From Octopus bimaculoides (lineage: Eukaryota): a stretch of 64,000 nucleotides of DNA. The position numbers and the translations under genes were made by a program. Below are positions 1 to 13,199 of this stretch, piece after piece (position 1 is the stretch's first letter; the number at the start of each line of letters is the position of its first letter). The stretch covers positions 5,888,157 through 5,952,156 of the forward strand of contig NC_068990.1 of assembly GCF_001194135.2 (NCBI RefSeq), in the 5' to 3' direction. The notes beneath the pieces were generated by a model. It was not told where the DNA came from, did no database searches, and worked only from the letters and a program-made list of their open reading frames with translations.

Positions 1-1493
1 ATTTAAAAGCACATCATTTGATATTTAAACAACACCTTAAAAGTATTTTTGCTTCTCACTTATAAATACACTAATTGTGTCATATTCTAACATATGAAAA
101 AAAAAATGATTTATATTTCAAAATATATTCTTTAATTTGTGTTTCAAAATGACATTTCTATACTTCAATTTATCAGCGTTTTTCTTATATCCTTGCAGAA
201 ATATTACTCAAATGTGACATTTCATTTCCAACGTTATTGTTTTGTATTTTTTTTTTTTCTGTGAGCGCATTTCTCCGATGTTCTCAAATGAAATGTAATC
301 TTTCCATTACTCTATCACTTTTATTTTAACACGATATTCCATTGTCAGAAGAAACAAATCAAAAAGTAAAAAAGAATTATTTTTAGAAATGAAAAACAAA
401 AATGCAAATTTGTTATCAAACTACCAACATTTGTAGTGTTATGTTGTTATTATTTTTATTACAATTAAATGTTAATATTATTATATTCCCATACTTGTTG
501 TTGTTGTTGTTGTTGTTGTTGTTAATATCAACTGCGTATGACGTGCAGCGCTAAACTTTTGCAAATTTTTAATATAAGTAGCTTAACTTTATTTTTTATT
601 GTCTCGTTGAAGTTTGTAACAAATTTAGTAATTAGGAAAAAGCATTTCTGGTGTAATATCTCCCTTGTAGAGAAACATAACATTTGAACTATATTGGTTG
701 TTGGGGAACATCGTAAAGAAGTAATTGTAGGAAAGGACTTCGACAATGAGAAAAGCAATAACGGGTAATACACTTCTAAGAAAAATATGAACCTTCAATG
801 TGGCCTGCTGAGCAGCTAGAAATGGCAATAAGATATCCTTCAAATCACGCCTTAGCATCTGAAGGATACACTAGACAAATATAATACCAGGTAACCAATA
901 AAAAGATGGGACGGTCACAATTAATGAATATGTTCCCCCACCCAAAAGAAACAACAGGTATAATAACAACAAAAGAATATTACATTGGATGATATAGTCC
1001 TATATATAATGAGTGTTGGAAAAAGATAGGATAATTAAGGAATGGAACGTATTTTATCAAAATTCTGAATCATGAATGATTTGGGGATAAAAGAAACAAA
1101 AGCAACTGTGAATGCAACACTGACATTAACACTAACAGCTTTGCAAGAACAGCGCTGGAGGCGCCGTCCACAAGCCAATATAACTCCGAAACATATTACG
1201 GATAGAACATGTACAATAGGATATACAAAAGAAAATTATAATATTGAAACAAATAAATTTCAACAAAGAAACACATTCACACAGATAGCACCAGAAATTC
1301 CAACAACCTGAGCAACGTTCCATAATTTGGTACCGCTGTAGGACAAAGAAAGTGACACTGAGTCAGATCAATGAGAAGAAGGAATCGACAAAATAGGAAA
1401 ATAAGTCACAATGCATCCTTGCCTGACAAATCAATCCGCGAAAAGGTGAGGGGAATGGTGATAAACTCTAAAGGATTCATATATATATATATA

Positions 1494-1588
<95 letters not shown>

Positions 1589-2876
1589 CTATGTTTGTAT
1601 GTATGTATGTATGTATGTATGTATGTATACATATATGTATGTATGTATGCGTACATATATGTATGTATATATGTGTAATTGTTCTGCCTTTGTGTGGTTT
1701 GTTTTCACATCAATCTGAGGTCATTTTTACATTTCATCCAGTCTAACTTGAAAATAAAGTCGCAGTCAAATATTTGGGTAGCTCGATTCTGTCTCTTCTT
1801 CCTCGATGTATCTCCCTCTGTGTTCCTCCCATCTCTCTTTCTCTCTCACTTTTTCTCTTTCTCTTTCAGTCACCATCTCTCTTTTTCGCTTTCTCTACTC
1901 TCTTACTCTCCCTCTCGCAATCGGCTACGTTGCACTACGTTTCAATGGAGAAGGGTCACTCTGAGTAACCCTTCCTCTCAAAATAGAGAAGAACTGACCA
2001 AAGATATAGTGAGTGACCTATTCTCATCAAAAAAGTTAATTCTCTACGGAAACAGTCCAAGGACAGTTTAATATCTACCATCAGCACCAAACGAAAATAA
2101 TTTATGTGTGTTTGTGTATATGTGTGTTTGTGTATATGTGTGTTTGTGTATATGTGTGTATACATTTGTGTGTCGTCGAAGAGAGTAAACAACGGGGCGA
2201 AAGAAAACGTAAAAACAGAGGCGTTTTTTTAAATAAAAAAAAATAATAATACTCTATGTAGTACTTGCTTCACACCGAAAGTGAATTGCACAGATAATAC
2301 CGACAAGATGCTGATTTCCACAAGTAAGGAATCGAGAATTTGCAAGTTCTGATGAACTGCTTGGCCTTTAAGACGACATAATTAAGCTTTCTTGGCAACC
2401 ATCTTTACTGCGATATTTCACCCTTTTCACCTTATCAGATTTCAATACACACAGCTACGAGTATGAGGAAAATTACATAATTTTGAATTTAACAGACTAT
2501 TGATACAAATAAAATTATCTATTATATAGATAATTCTAATGTTGCTTTTAGAGAAGATGGTAAAGCCGAGGCAGGCTTACACAACAAAGCTACTGGGAGC
2601 ACTTTAAATACGTACAATACAGATTAATTTTGTTTTTGTTATTTATCTATTTCCAACTGACGCAGTCATAAATGTAACACAAACAATAGTAGGCATCTTC
2701 CGTCAGTATACATCAGCAGAAATATGCACATACACCTACACACAGTCACACATACATTCACACACATATACACGCAGATGTGTGTGCGTGTGTATGTGAG
2801 CGGTGTCTTACAGCATAAACAGTTCTATGCTAATGAGTGATTGCGTAACCTCTGCTTTTTGTCAGTTATTTATATT

Positions 2877-3125
2877 TACGAGGGTGTGCTGAAAAGTTTA
2901 TTGGCTGATTGTAAAGGAGTGATGCCAGAGCAGTGAAATCTTGCAGCGTTGTTTCTTTCCAGGTACAGTGACGCCTGACTGTTCGAAGAAGACTTCAAAT
3001 GTAACTAAAAGCGACTTCTCTTGAAAATGGACAAATCTTGGTATCGTGTTGTTAACAAATACTTACAAGAAAAAGGGGCTTAGCCCCCAACGACATTCAT
3101 ATTGATATTGTTTACTACCTTAAGG
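2877..3125 (+). mobile_element. Mariner element A, 5' part (left TIR and transposase N-terminus, degenerate)
   Basis: TA + CGAGGGTGTGCTGAAAAGTT terminus. ATG at 3027 gives MDKSWYRVVNKYLQEKG..(L)SPNDIH, a mariner HTH-region N-terminus with frameshifts. Near-identical in layout to the 5' end of mariner B (58287 downward). Confidence 0.85.
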
Positions 3126-4551
3126 CAGGATGCACCAAACTACAGTCCGCGAGGTCAGTTCATCCGGCCCGCCACGGCGCTGTAGTTTTTGTGTAAGTAC
3201 CTGGAATGAGGGTTCATTCCTGCAGCGATCGTGTTTTAACTTGCATTGCCGTGTTTAAACCGGTTTGAAGAGTGCCGTATATAAAAAGGACTCACTTCAG
3301 TGAATGATGTCATGTATTTTGCATATTTGAGTGTTGAGGTAAGCATCTAATAGTTTCAAACATTGATATTCATTTAAACCCCATATAAACGCCTTGTTTG
3401 TACACTGCATTATACATCAGCAAGTACTTTGTGGGAAAGACTTAGATATTTCTTGCGTACTGAAACCAGTCATTTCTGTGGGGAATTACATTCGGGATCA
3501 TCCACTTAATCACCACCAGTTCCAGGCTTTTCTTGAAGAAATTGATTCTGAATTCTGTGATTTGACTTATCGCTCAGCAGTGAAATGGCTCAGCTGTGGT
3601 AAAGTCCTGTTTCGTTTTTATAATCTCCGAAGAGAAATAGATATTTTTCTCACCGAAAAGGGTAGAGCTGATCCACTTCTGTCAGATCCTACCTGGCTGT
3701 CAAAGTTGTCATTTCTGTTGATATCAGATCCCACATGAATGAATTGAACTTGAAACTTCAGGGAAATGATAACCTTATTTGTGATCTCTACACTATCATC
3801 AAAGGATTTTGGAGAAAGCTATCGTTGTTTGAAGCACAACTGGAAGGAGGAAACTTCTCTCATTTTCAGTGTTTCAAAGAGTTTTGAACTGGAATCGCAG
3901 ACGTCAACCTCCAGTTTCCGAAGATTATTCGTGACTTAAATAAGCATTTTTTAGAGAGATTTTCAGACCCCGACAGAAGTGAGTGTGACATTCTTCTGTT
4001 CCAGAGTCCGTTTGATTGTAACCTTGATGACGTGCCAATCGACCTAGATGGTGCACATTGATTTACATGCAAATGACTTGTTGAAAGAGAAGCACAGAGA
4101 AGGAAAACTTGTTGAGTTTTATCGTTGCTTACCCGATGATGAGTTTTCAAAGTTGAAGAAATTTGCCTCTGGTATGGCATCACTGATTGAAACAACTTAT
4201 GTCTGTGAGCAAACATTTTCAAAAATGAAGCATGTGCAGTCAGCGCTTCGAACGAGGTTCACTGATGATATCTTACATGAAATATTGACGATATCTTAAA
4301 AGCAAAACACCAGTTTCACAAATCTCACTAACTTTTTTGCTGCTTAGTTTGTGAGATTCGGATATGTGCACACTGGATGTGATATAAATATCTTATTGCC
4401 AACGTCGCCTTCTTTGATAACTTTTTAATGAATGTGTTAGTTGTTTTTATTTTTTGTGAATTCACTATATTGTATTGAACAAAATGGTTACGCGGCCCGC
4501 GTTCGTTACTCCTTCAGTTATTTGGCCCGCTGTGACAAAAGACGACTCCTG
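3126..4551 (+). mobile_element. hAT DNA transposon (SPIN/Charlie, GTF2IRD2/ZBED8-like transposase), internally deleted, nested in mariner A
   Basis: CAGG... and ...CCTG termini with GGCCCGC subterminal repeats. Degenerate 8-bp TSD CCTTAAGG (3118-3125) / CATTAGGG (4552-4559). Peptides HCIIHQ, VKWLSCGKVL, LKLQG and TTYVCEQTFSKM (hAT C-terminal dimerisation region). Confidence 0.9.
3394..4299 (+). pseudogene. Frameshifted hAT transposase remnant (CxxH motif through C-terminal dimerisation domain)
   Basis: ORFs 3394-3738 and 4048-4299 plus the intervening frame LKLQGNDNLICDLYTIIKGFWRKLSLFEAQL. N-terminal part absent. Confidence 0.85.
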
Positions 4552-4886
4552 CATTAGGGGATGACGGTCTAGCTTTATCAACAGTGCAAAAGCAAGAAGC
4601 TGAATTTAGGAGGAGAATTTAGGTCTTGAAGACCCAAAATCTGAATGTCCTGCAACTGCCACCACCGAAGAAAACATTGATCTTGTTCACCACACGGTGA
4701 TGCGTGACAGACACTCAACTATACGTCAAATAGCCAACGCTGTTTGTATAGCTCGTGAGACTTGAGAATATTCTGCACAAAGTACGAGGCATGACGAAGG
4801 TTTCTGCTCGGTGGTTGCCACGTCTTCTGACATCTGATCAAAATCGCACAAGGCTGATCACATCAAGGAAAAATCTGATACTATTT
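4552..4886 (+). mobile_element. Mariner element A, continuation (3'-truncated)
   Basis: Resumes at (T)LGDD..LSTVQK..AEFRR..LED(P)..PATATTEENIDLVH..TIRQIA..KVSARWLPRLLTSDQ, the mariner HTH and WVPR/WLPR linker. Confidence 0.85.
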
Positions 4887-5577
4887 CATATATAACTCCA
4901 GAATGTCCATTTGAAGAATCTTTAGCCCTACTCACAGTGATTACAATTTGCTGTATACACTAGGATACAGTTGTATCCTACTGTAGTTGTTGGTCTGACT
5001 GCTTTCTATAGATTTAAAGTCAATCATATAGACACGTGTTCACTTAGTGGCTCACCTCGTTTTTTTCGTTTTTTCTTTTATTTTGTTAGTTCTCTAATAT
5101 CACAAGACCAAATATCATTTAAATAACCAGATTGATATATAAACTACATAGATGTAGATTATTTCAACAAAGATACTATATCACAAGCACACACGAAAAA
5201 TGGAAATGTGAATTGTTAGAATAAGTTATTAAAGTAATCACACTGCGTTAGTTGATGGAATAGATGTGTGTTTAAACTATTTTTGACACCTTTCAAAATA
5301 TTTGAAATAAAAAGAAAGAAATGAAAAACAAAAATAGAATTAAGTACGAAAAGATAAGAATAACTAAAGCCATATCTGATGGAAACTCAATTAAGTAGTG
5401 TTTTTATATACCAACGCCACTACATTTCATTATAAACAGAAGATGTATGCATTTTTATGATTAATATAACTCACGTTTTTATCAGTAGGTTTATCTTTCT
5501 CTTAGGATTAACTTTATGTTCGTTTCCACTTTGCTTTATTAAGAATTTGCTTTATTTTTCCTTTAAGCAAACCACTC

Positions 5578-5690
<113 letters not shown>

Positions 5691-5846
5691 TTTCTTTTCA
5701 CAAGTTTAAATGTCTGACACATTTCAAAATATTTAAAAAGAAGAAAGATATTTTACATCATGTTCAACCATTAATCCCTGCCCATTCCTCTCGCTCTGCT
5801 TCTTTTCTTTTTTTTTTTCGTCCTCTCTACTTTTTCTTTTCCTCTC

Positions 5847-5990
5847 AATCCTCCCTGTCGCAGAGCGTAGGCTCGAAACGTCTAAGGATTTCCTATACTT
5901 CCTGAGCATTAAACTAATACACTTGTTTGTTGTTCCTTCACTTGTCTTCTTCTTTCTTGATGTGTAAATTTGAACTATATATATAAAGGG
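5847..5990 (+). mobile_element. Penelope-like terminal repeat fragment with hammerhead-like motif
   Basis: GAGCGTAGGCTCGAAACGTC..TTCCTGAGCATTAAACTAATACA matches the terminus at 14512-14620, which lies downstream of a PLE GIY-YIG remnant. Confidence 0.6.
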
Positions 5991-6149
5991 CGTCGTCGAA
6001 TTACGACCACAATTGGTTCCGACTGACTGGTCATAAGTCGGCCTAAACGCCTACATAGCTCTGTTTTATATTTTTACATTCTTAAGGTAAAGGTCACACA
6101 CAGCATTCTGTATTATACTACAACAGTGTTATTTGTTCAGAGTCTCAAG

Positions 6150-6368
6150 CATTCGTCTCATAAACTATTATCTACAGTTCCAGTGATGGATTGGATCTGT
6201 AGTTTTCGAATTAGCTTTCTCCTTACTGGTTTTGAGAAGCCTAATTTCTCAAGATTGGTATTTAGGCAGTATGTTACATATCCCAGGGCTCCAATAATTA
6301 CAGGTACAAACCTGATTTTGCAATCTCGATAGAGTAACTGCAAATTTCTGAGAGACAACAAAGCGGGA
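6150..6368 (-). mobile_element. 3' fragment of an RLE-type non-LTR retrotransposon (R4/Dong/NeSL-like C-terminus)
   Basis: Minus-strand peptide LRNLQLLYRDCKIRFVPVIIGALGYVTYCLNTNLEKLGF...KLQIQSITGTV resembles the 'P(V/I)(I/V)IGALG' end of restriction-like-endonuclease LINEs. Confidence 0.65.
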
Positions 6369-6788
6369 CAGAGACTGAAAGAGATTTTAAAAGACGATGC
6401 CACTATATGGGCGTTGCCCGAAGCAAACACCTGTTTTAATCGAAAATAGCAAATATACTTTTTGATAAGAATCACCATTTCTGCTATACTGTTATTTCTA
6501 CAACTAGAGTTAGTTGTCTAATCTACTGGTATTCGCACACACATAAGAAATTGTGCGTTTTCACACTATTGCAAATGTAAATGTATATAGTATTCGAAAT
6601 ACATATATTGAAATCACATAGACGTTATATGCTAACAAATTCATATACCTCTGTGTGTGTATGTGTGTGTGTGTTTATCTGTTTGCGCATATACGTACCC
6701 ACACACACTCAGATATACATAATATATGTGTATAAGTGTGTGTGTGTGTCCATACATGTGTGTATACGTGTATATATATATATATACA

Positions 6789-6867
<79 letters not shown>

Positions 6868-8003
6868 TCCTGCATATATAGATGTAATACACGCGCGCAT
6901 ATATGTGCACACTCATACACGCGTACTTCTATATTTGTGTGTATGTGTGTGTATCCTTGTGTTCATGTAAGTGTGCATCCATATATGTACGCATGTATGT
7001 ACACACGAATGTGTATGTATGTATGTATGTATGTATGTATAAGTAACCATTTGTGGATAAATGTTCATCTTTGACACCGTGTTTGTGCGTCTGTCTTTTG
7101 CACAATCATTAAATTAATCTGTGTATGTATGTGTGTATAAGTGCGTGAAAGAGAGAGAGGGGGAGACAGAGAAAGAGAGAGAGAGGAGACAGAGAAGGAG
7201 AGAAAGAAAGAGACGGAGACGGTGAGACAGATAGTTTGCCTATGTGTGCGTGTGTATGTGAATGTGTGTGTGGGTGTATATGTGTCATATCTTGGTTGAC
7301 TGCGAGTCAGATTTTTATCTTTTATCATACTTTATGTTAGTTTCTATCGCTAGTGCAAACAACAAAACTCGTGTAATTATTCTTTGCTCCATTGGCTGGT
7401 TGTTCGACTGCTATCTATTTCGAAGAACCTATCTCTAAAACGCTTCAGTCATCCGTGACTAAAACGAAGATAATAGCAAATTACTGTAAACTGATCGTAA
7501 AATTACATTGATACAAGACTTTTTTTTTTTTTTGAAGATAAACAAACAAAAATTAAATGAAATAAATCTCGTACTCTCCAACTCCAACGCAACGCAACGT
7601 AGATGTTTACTGAAGATAAAGACAAAGAACAACAATATTGTAAAGTGAGCAGTAATTATTTAAAGATTCTACAAACAATCAATTAAAGTGCGTAGATGTA
7701 CGTGATTGTGTATATGCGTGTGTGTGTGTGTGCATGTGTGTGTATAACTCTGTGTGTGTGCGTGTGTGTGTGCGTGTGCGTGTTTCTGTGTGTGTGTGCA
7801 TAAGTGTGAGTGTGTGAAAGAAAGAGTGAGAGATTCAGAGATTTTGTGCAGTTTAAGATGCCTACATAGGTAGAGTAGAAGGTAGAGTACGAATGTAGAA
7901 AGAGAGAGAAGAGAGACGGATGCTGATAGAACAGTAGATTAAATAATCACATGATCAAAGAAGATATGATAGCAGGAGGTTTTCTGTCGATCTATCTCTC
8001 GCT

Positions 8004-8039
<36 letters not shown>

Positions 8040-8107
8040 ATATACGTATATATATAGAGAGAGAGCGAGAGACAGTGAGTGATATATATATATATATATA
8101 TATATAG

Positions 8108-8165
<58 letters not shown>

Positions 8166-8289
8166 CACGTAAGCATATATGTGTATATATATATACAAAG
8201 ACGCTTACATGAGTGCATAAACACAAAGCATACACACACATGTATGTACAACATTCAGATATGCATACATACAGACTTATAAATATATA

Positions 8290-8325
<36 letters not shown>

Positions 8326-8719
8326 TGAGTGTATATATAAACGAATTCCAATAAGAATGTTGAAGTTATGACGATGTAATTTGGAATGAAGCAAAGATAC
8401 ACTAGTTTAGTGTTTTTTGTGATCTTTTCAATTGTTTTCGTATTTCGAACATAAAATATCTTTATCAAATTACACATTTGAATAAAAATATATCTTGTCT
8501 ACCGAGGCACAGTTGAATAGGCCTAAGCTCAATTGCGAGATGGCTAGAAGATACACCCATAGATCAGTCTGCTGTTTCCAGTAATTCACATGTTTAAAAC
8601 TGTATTTCTTGTAGACAAATCTAACTTAGAACTCCGAATAACGTTGCATTTCGCTATTCAGTTACGTGTATATACTTCATTACGTAACATAGACCATTCC
8701 GTTGGGTGAAATTACCTAC

Positions 8720-8891
<172 letters not shown>

Positions 8892-8994
8892 TTTCAAGAA
8901 GAAGAAGCAGATGAATGACGACTGCTTTGGTTAAAATCCAACAATTTTGAGTGAAAGGTCTTTGTAGAGATTTTAAGTGCTACATTATTTTAGC

Positions 8995-9530
8995 GACCGC
9001 ATAAGTCTGAAAAGATGAAGTTGACCTCAGCTGTCATTTGCACTCAGAATGTAAAGAGCCGGAACAAAGTCATCTAATCTGATGCTATAACAATTCTACG
9101 AATCCGCCTTTATAATAATTCTTTCTACTAGAGGCACAAGGCCTAGAATCTTAGTGGGAGGGAATTACGCGATTACCTTGACTCCCAGAGCTGGACTGGT
9201 ACTTATTTTATTGATCCCGATAGACAAAGTTCACCGCAAGTTGGATTTGAACTCACAACGTAAAGAGTAACAAAAAATGGCCGCTGAATGCTTTTTCCGA
9301 CCCTGACACTTCACTGCTTGTTTTCTACCTTCACGGCCTTATAATAATGCTTAATTGTTTCTCATATAGGCACAAGCCCAGCAAATTTTGAGGAAGGGGG
9401 GATTGGTTGATTACATTGATCCCAGGTTTGGTCGGCCTGAAGCAATAGTAGAAGACACTTGCCCAATGTGTTACGCAGTGGGATTGAACCCGGAACCATG
9501 TGGTTGGGAAGCAATCGTCTTACCTGCGCC
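8995..9530 (-). mobile_element. Cluster of three decayed tRNA-derived SINE copies
   Basis: Share GTTGACCTC..TTTG(A/C)ACTCAGAA and GGCACAAGG..GATT segments with the cleaner copies at 33665-33877 and 61970-62390. The third has a GGATTGAACCCGGAACC B-box complement. Confidence 0.75.
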
Positions 9531-11489
9531 TGCATGTGCATGATATTATACTTATACGTTTAGTAAAATATCTCTGTGAGCAAAGCCCGGGATATACCTC
9601 CGTATCTTTAGTTTGTTTGTTTGTTTGTTTGTTTGTTTTTTGTTTTTTTTTAGTGCGTTTATTTAGTTTCTAGTAGACATAGATCCATGATTACAGGTAA
9701 AAGAAAAAGGATCTTCATTGATTAGTGCTTGATTCTTTTGGCAAGTGGAAATATATACGGAGATCGATACACACATACGCACATATTCACAAGCACACAC
9801 ACACATATACATGCATGCACATACACACACACACACATATACATGCACACACACACCTACACAGATGGAAGCAGATAGATACAAAAATATATTCTCAACG
9901 AATAATTGCCAGAAGCAGAAGTATAATTCGATTGAAAACCTTAAATGTACCTGTGAGAGGAATAATCCTTTTACTTATAGCAACCTAGAAAGAGAAAAAG
10001 AGAGCCTTTAAGTCTGTGTATGCGCTTGTATACTCTTGTATAGAGAAGAGAATTGTGTGTCAGTATAGATTTGTCCAACGGGTTTTTCTATGCAGCTTTT
10101 TATGATTGAGTTGTCTACAGGGTAATTAGTTGTTTATTCCTCAATTAACCGAAACACTGTTAATTCTGTAGAATCACATTTTCAATTTTGTCCTTCACCT
10201 CATGCAGTCTCAAAAGTTATGAAGAAAAATAATTGTACAAATATATAGTGCCATGTGATCCTATGCTGTGTATATACGTACTCAAGCACATACATGCATA
10301 TATACATAAAACTTTCGCTATCTCTCCCTTTCTCTTTCTCTCTCTCTCCTCTCCGTATTTTAGTTATGCTTTCTTATCAGTACTCTCATTCTCTCATTCT
10401 CTCATTCTCTCATTCTCTCTCTACCATCTCTATTCGCTTTCGCCCTCTCTCCTTCTCTCATATGTGACACTTTAGCGAAATTATATCTGAAACGCCATTA
10501 TTGTTGCATGCCTCCAAGCCATATGAAAAGATGTTCAAACTTGTGTATGAGTTATCTCGTTTCTCTTTCCTTAATATACATCTAGGGTCTTGTTTTCACT
10601 CAATAGAAATCAATATATTCTGTATCGTCTGTCCATATTATACGTTGATATCGTGATATCACGTAACGAACCTCAATGAGCACGACTTAAGCTCCCGGCG
10701 AATCAAGTTCGTTAGGCTATTCCAATTACCAAACGGAGCCCGTGTATAGATACACACATACGAGTGAGTGCGTATCTATCTAAGTGAGTATTTAGGTCTC
10801 AGTGTGTGTGTTTGTGTGCATGTGTGTGTAGCTGTGTGTGTGCGAGAGAGAGTGTGCGAATACGCGTGCTATGCGCCATTGTGAATAATTTTATGGTCAA
10901 CCAATTCTGTAACATATGTTCGTTTCCTGGTTGTTGTTGGTTTGCTTAGTCAAGTGCTTTTCTTGAGTAAATTATGGCTGCCACAACTACTGGTATCCTA
11001 TTACTTGCAAATGCAAGATTTTAATGCTGCTAGTCAGATATTGATATTCATTCTATTCTCGAACTCAAAATGAATTCATTAATTAAGCAGACTTCAAAAA
11101 TTTTCAGACGATCAGTAAGCTTATTCGCACGAAGATAATATTCCTTGTTTTGATTTAGTTCTTTCTTGTTTCATATATTTGCAAATATTCTTTTATAATA
11201 ACTGTAATATACTCGTTATCAACACGTGTAGTTTCAGAGAGTTGTCTACGATTTTAGAAATGTAGTTTGTGTGACACCCGATTTGTACTGCGAATAACCA
11301 GTGAGATAAATACATATTTAATACTTAAGGACAGATATCGAAAGAATCTGAGGTGTTTACCTGACTAATATTACAAGTTTATTGACAGAAACTCTCACCT
11401 TGCATTATATTTCTCCTCGAATTGTCCGTAGTTTAGAGAATAATGATATATAAGGTTATTTATTTGTGTTATTATTGTTTAAATGTTTG

Positions 11490-11645
11490 ATCGCTGATTT
11501 CTGACTATGTGGTGAATAATAAAGTAAATATTGATCTCTGCCAAGGAGCATTAAAAGGTCTCACTTTCGCAAAACTATTCACTTCTGCTGGGACGGTTTG
11601 AATTACGAATGTTCATCACAAGTCCATCGGGCTAATCACTCGCTT
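11490..11645 (-). mobile_element. Decayed tRNA-derived SINE
   Basis: Minus-strand head GAGTGATTAGCCCGATGG...GTAATTCAAACCGTCC with A/B-box-like spacing. Confidence 0.5.
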
Positions 11646-12782
11646 GTAGGAATAACTTACTATGACATGTCAAGTTATTCCTTCTATCTATCGCACTTAT
11701 ATGTGGTATAGATAACTGTTTATCCATATTTGAAATTAACGATTATAAACATTGTATATGTGATGCCTGGTAGAAACATAAAAGATTTAGGATCATTGAA
11801 AACTAAAGGTTAAAGGCCTTTGACGAGAGACGAAGAAATATGACTTTACCTGGCTACATAAAGATAATAATGTAGAAAGCTCTTGATACAGCCGTACCAT
11901 GAATATATGTCAGGTTACATAAATTACATGACAAAGGAAAGTAACTGGAACAAAAGATAAATCACCTCACAATTTAACAATTTAATTCTATAAATAGAAG
12001 CAGTTACCCGACGAAAGTTGGTGAAAAGTTTAATCCAACATCGTGACGTTGTGTACGCGTAATGGCTAAAAAACATCATTGCATAATAGAATAAAAAGGA
12101 ATGAAAAGTACATCTCTTAGATGGAAGAAATAACATACTCAATGTAATGCTATTGGTTGGGTTAGCAAGGAAGAAAGTTCAATATCACAAGGTCATCTTC
12201 TTGGCATCCTGTTCAGCATGAAATCTTTTCTTTATTCATTTGCTCAAATACTGTTGTGTTATGATATGGCAAGGGGCCACTAAAGCCAGTAGCTTATACA
12301 ACAAACCAAGAAGGGTACCGCTACGTTGTCGCCACGTTGTGCTACGTTGTCGCTCGATCAGCTTGTTAAACATAGTCAAACTCCATAAAGTAATAAGTCT
12401 ATTAAATCCTAAGTATATGATGTCGGAATAATAGACGGGATAGGCTTTCATTGAAACGACTTTCATCTTAAACTGACTAAGGGCTAGACGGCAACAACGG
12501 CAACGGAACACAACCAGTGCAAAGAACTACAGCTAGGACACACTTGCTGTGCAAAACGAAAACTTTTGACCCTCAATAATTGTGTACATAGTTTTAAGTA
12601 CATACTATTGGTAACTAGAGATCACAATGAAAATAGCACGTATGGTTAAATAAATTTTGATCTTCTCGCGTGGCTGTATGTATGTGTGATAAAGAATCAA
12701 GATACAAACACAAATGAAACAGTTCATACATATTTCGAAGCGTGTGGTATATGCACTTACATACATGTGTGCATGTATACGT

Positions 12783-12869
<87 letters not shown>

Positions 12870-12936
12870 AGTGTGTGCGCGCGCGTGTGTGTAATTGAAC
12901 AGACACACAGATAGTGAGACTGACAGACAGGCAGGC

Positions 12937-12989
<53 letters not shown>

Positions 12990-13199
12990 TAGCTCCCCTT
13001 TTACCACTAGTAGCAGAGGTCACTAAGTCACTACTAACGTGTCTGAGTTTCCAAACTCTACATTTTGCCGACTAATGAATGCCATTAGTTTTGTCTCCTC
13101 TATAGAATGACGCTTACGGACAGCAGGTAGATAACAACACGACACCCCATTCAGAAATTCGGCAGAACTGAGATAAGTTAATAAAATCCCGCCTTTGCA

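Noticed and set aside
625-1323. Hydrophobic minus-strand translations suggesting a GPCR or channel pseudogene
   Set aside because: Stops in all frames and no family motif; the hydrophobicity follows from the T-rich strand.
1371-1746. ORFs rich in YI/CV/HT/SL repeats here and throughout (e.g. 6581-7074, 12615-13023, 47633-48192, 60923-61316)
   Set aside because: Translations of (AT)n, (GT)n, (CT)n and (ATAC)n microsatellites.
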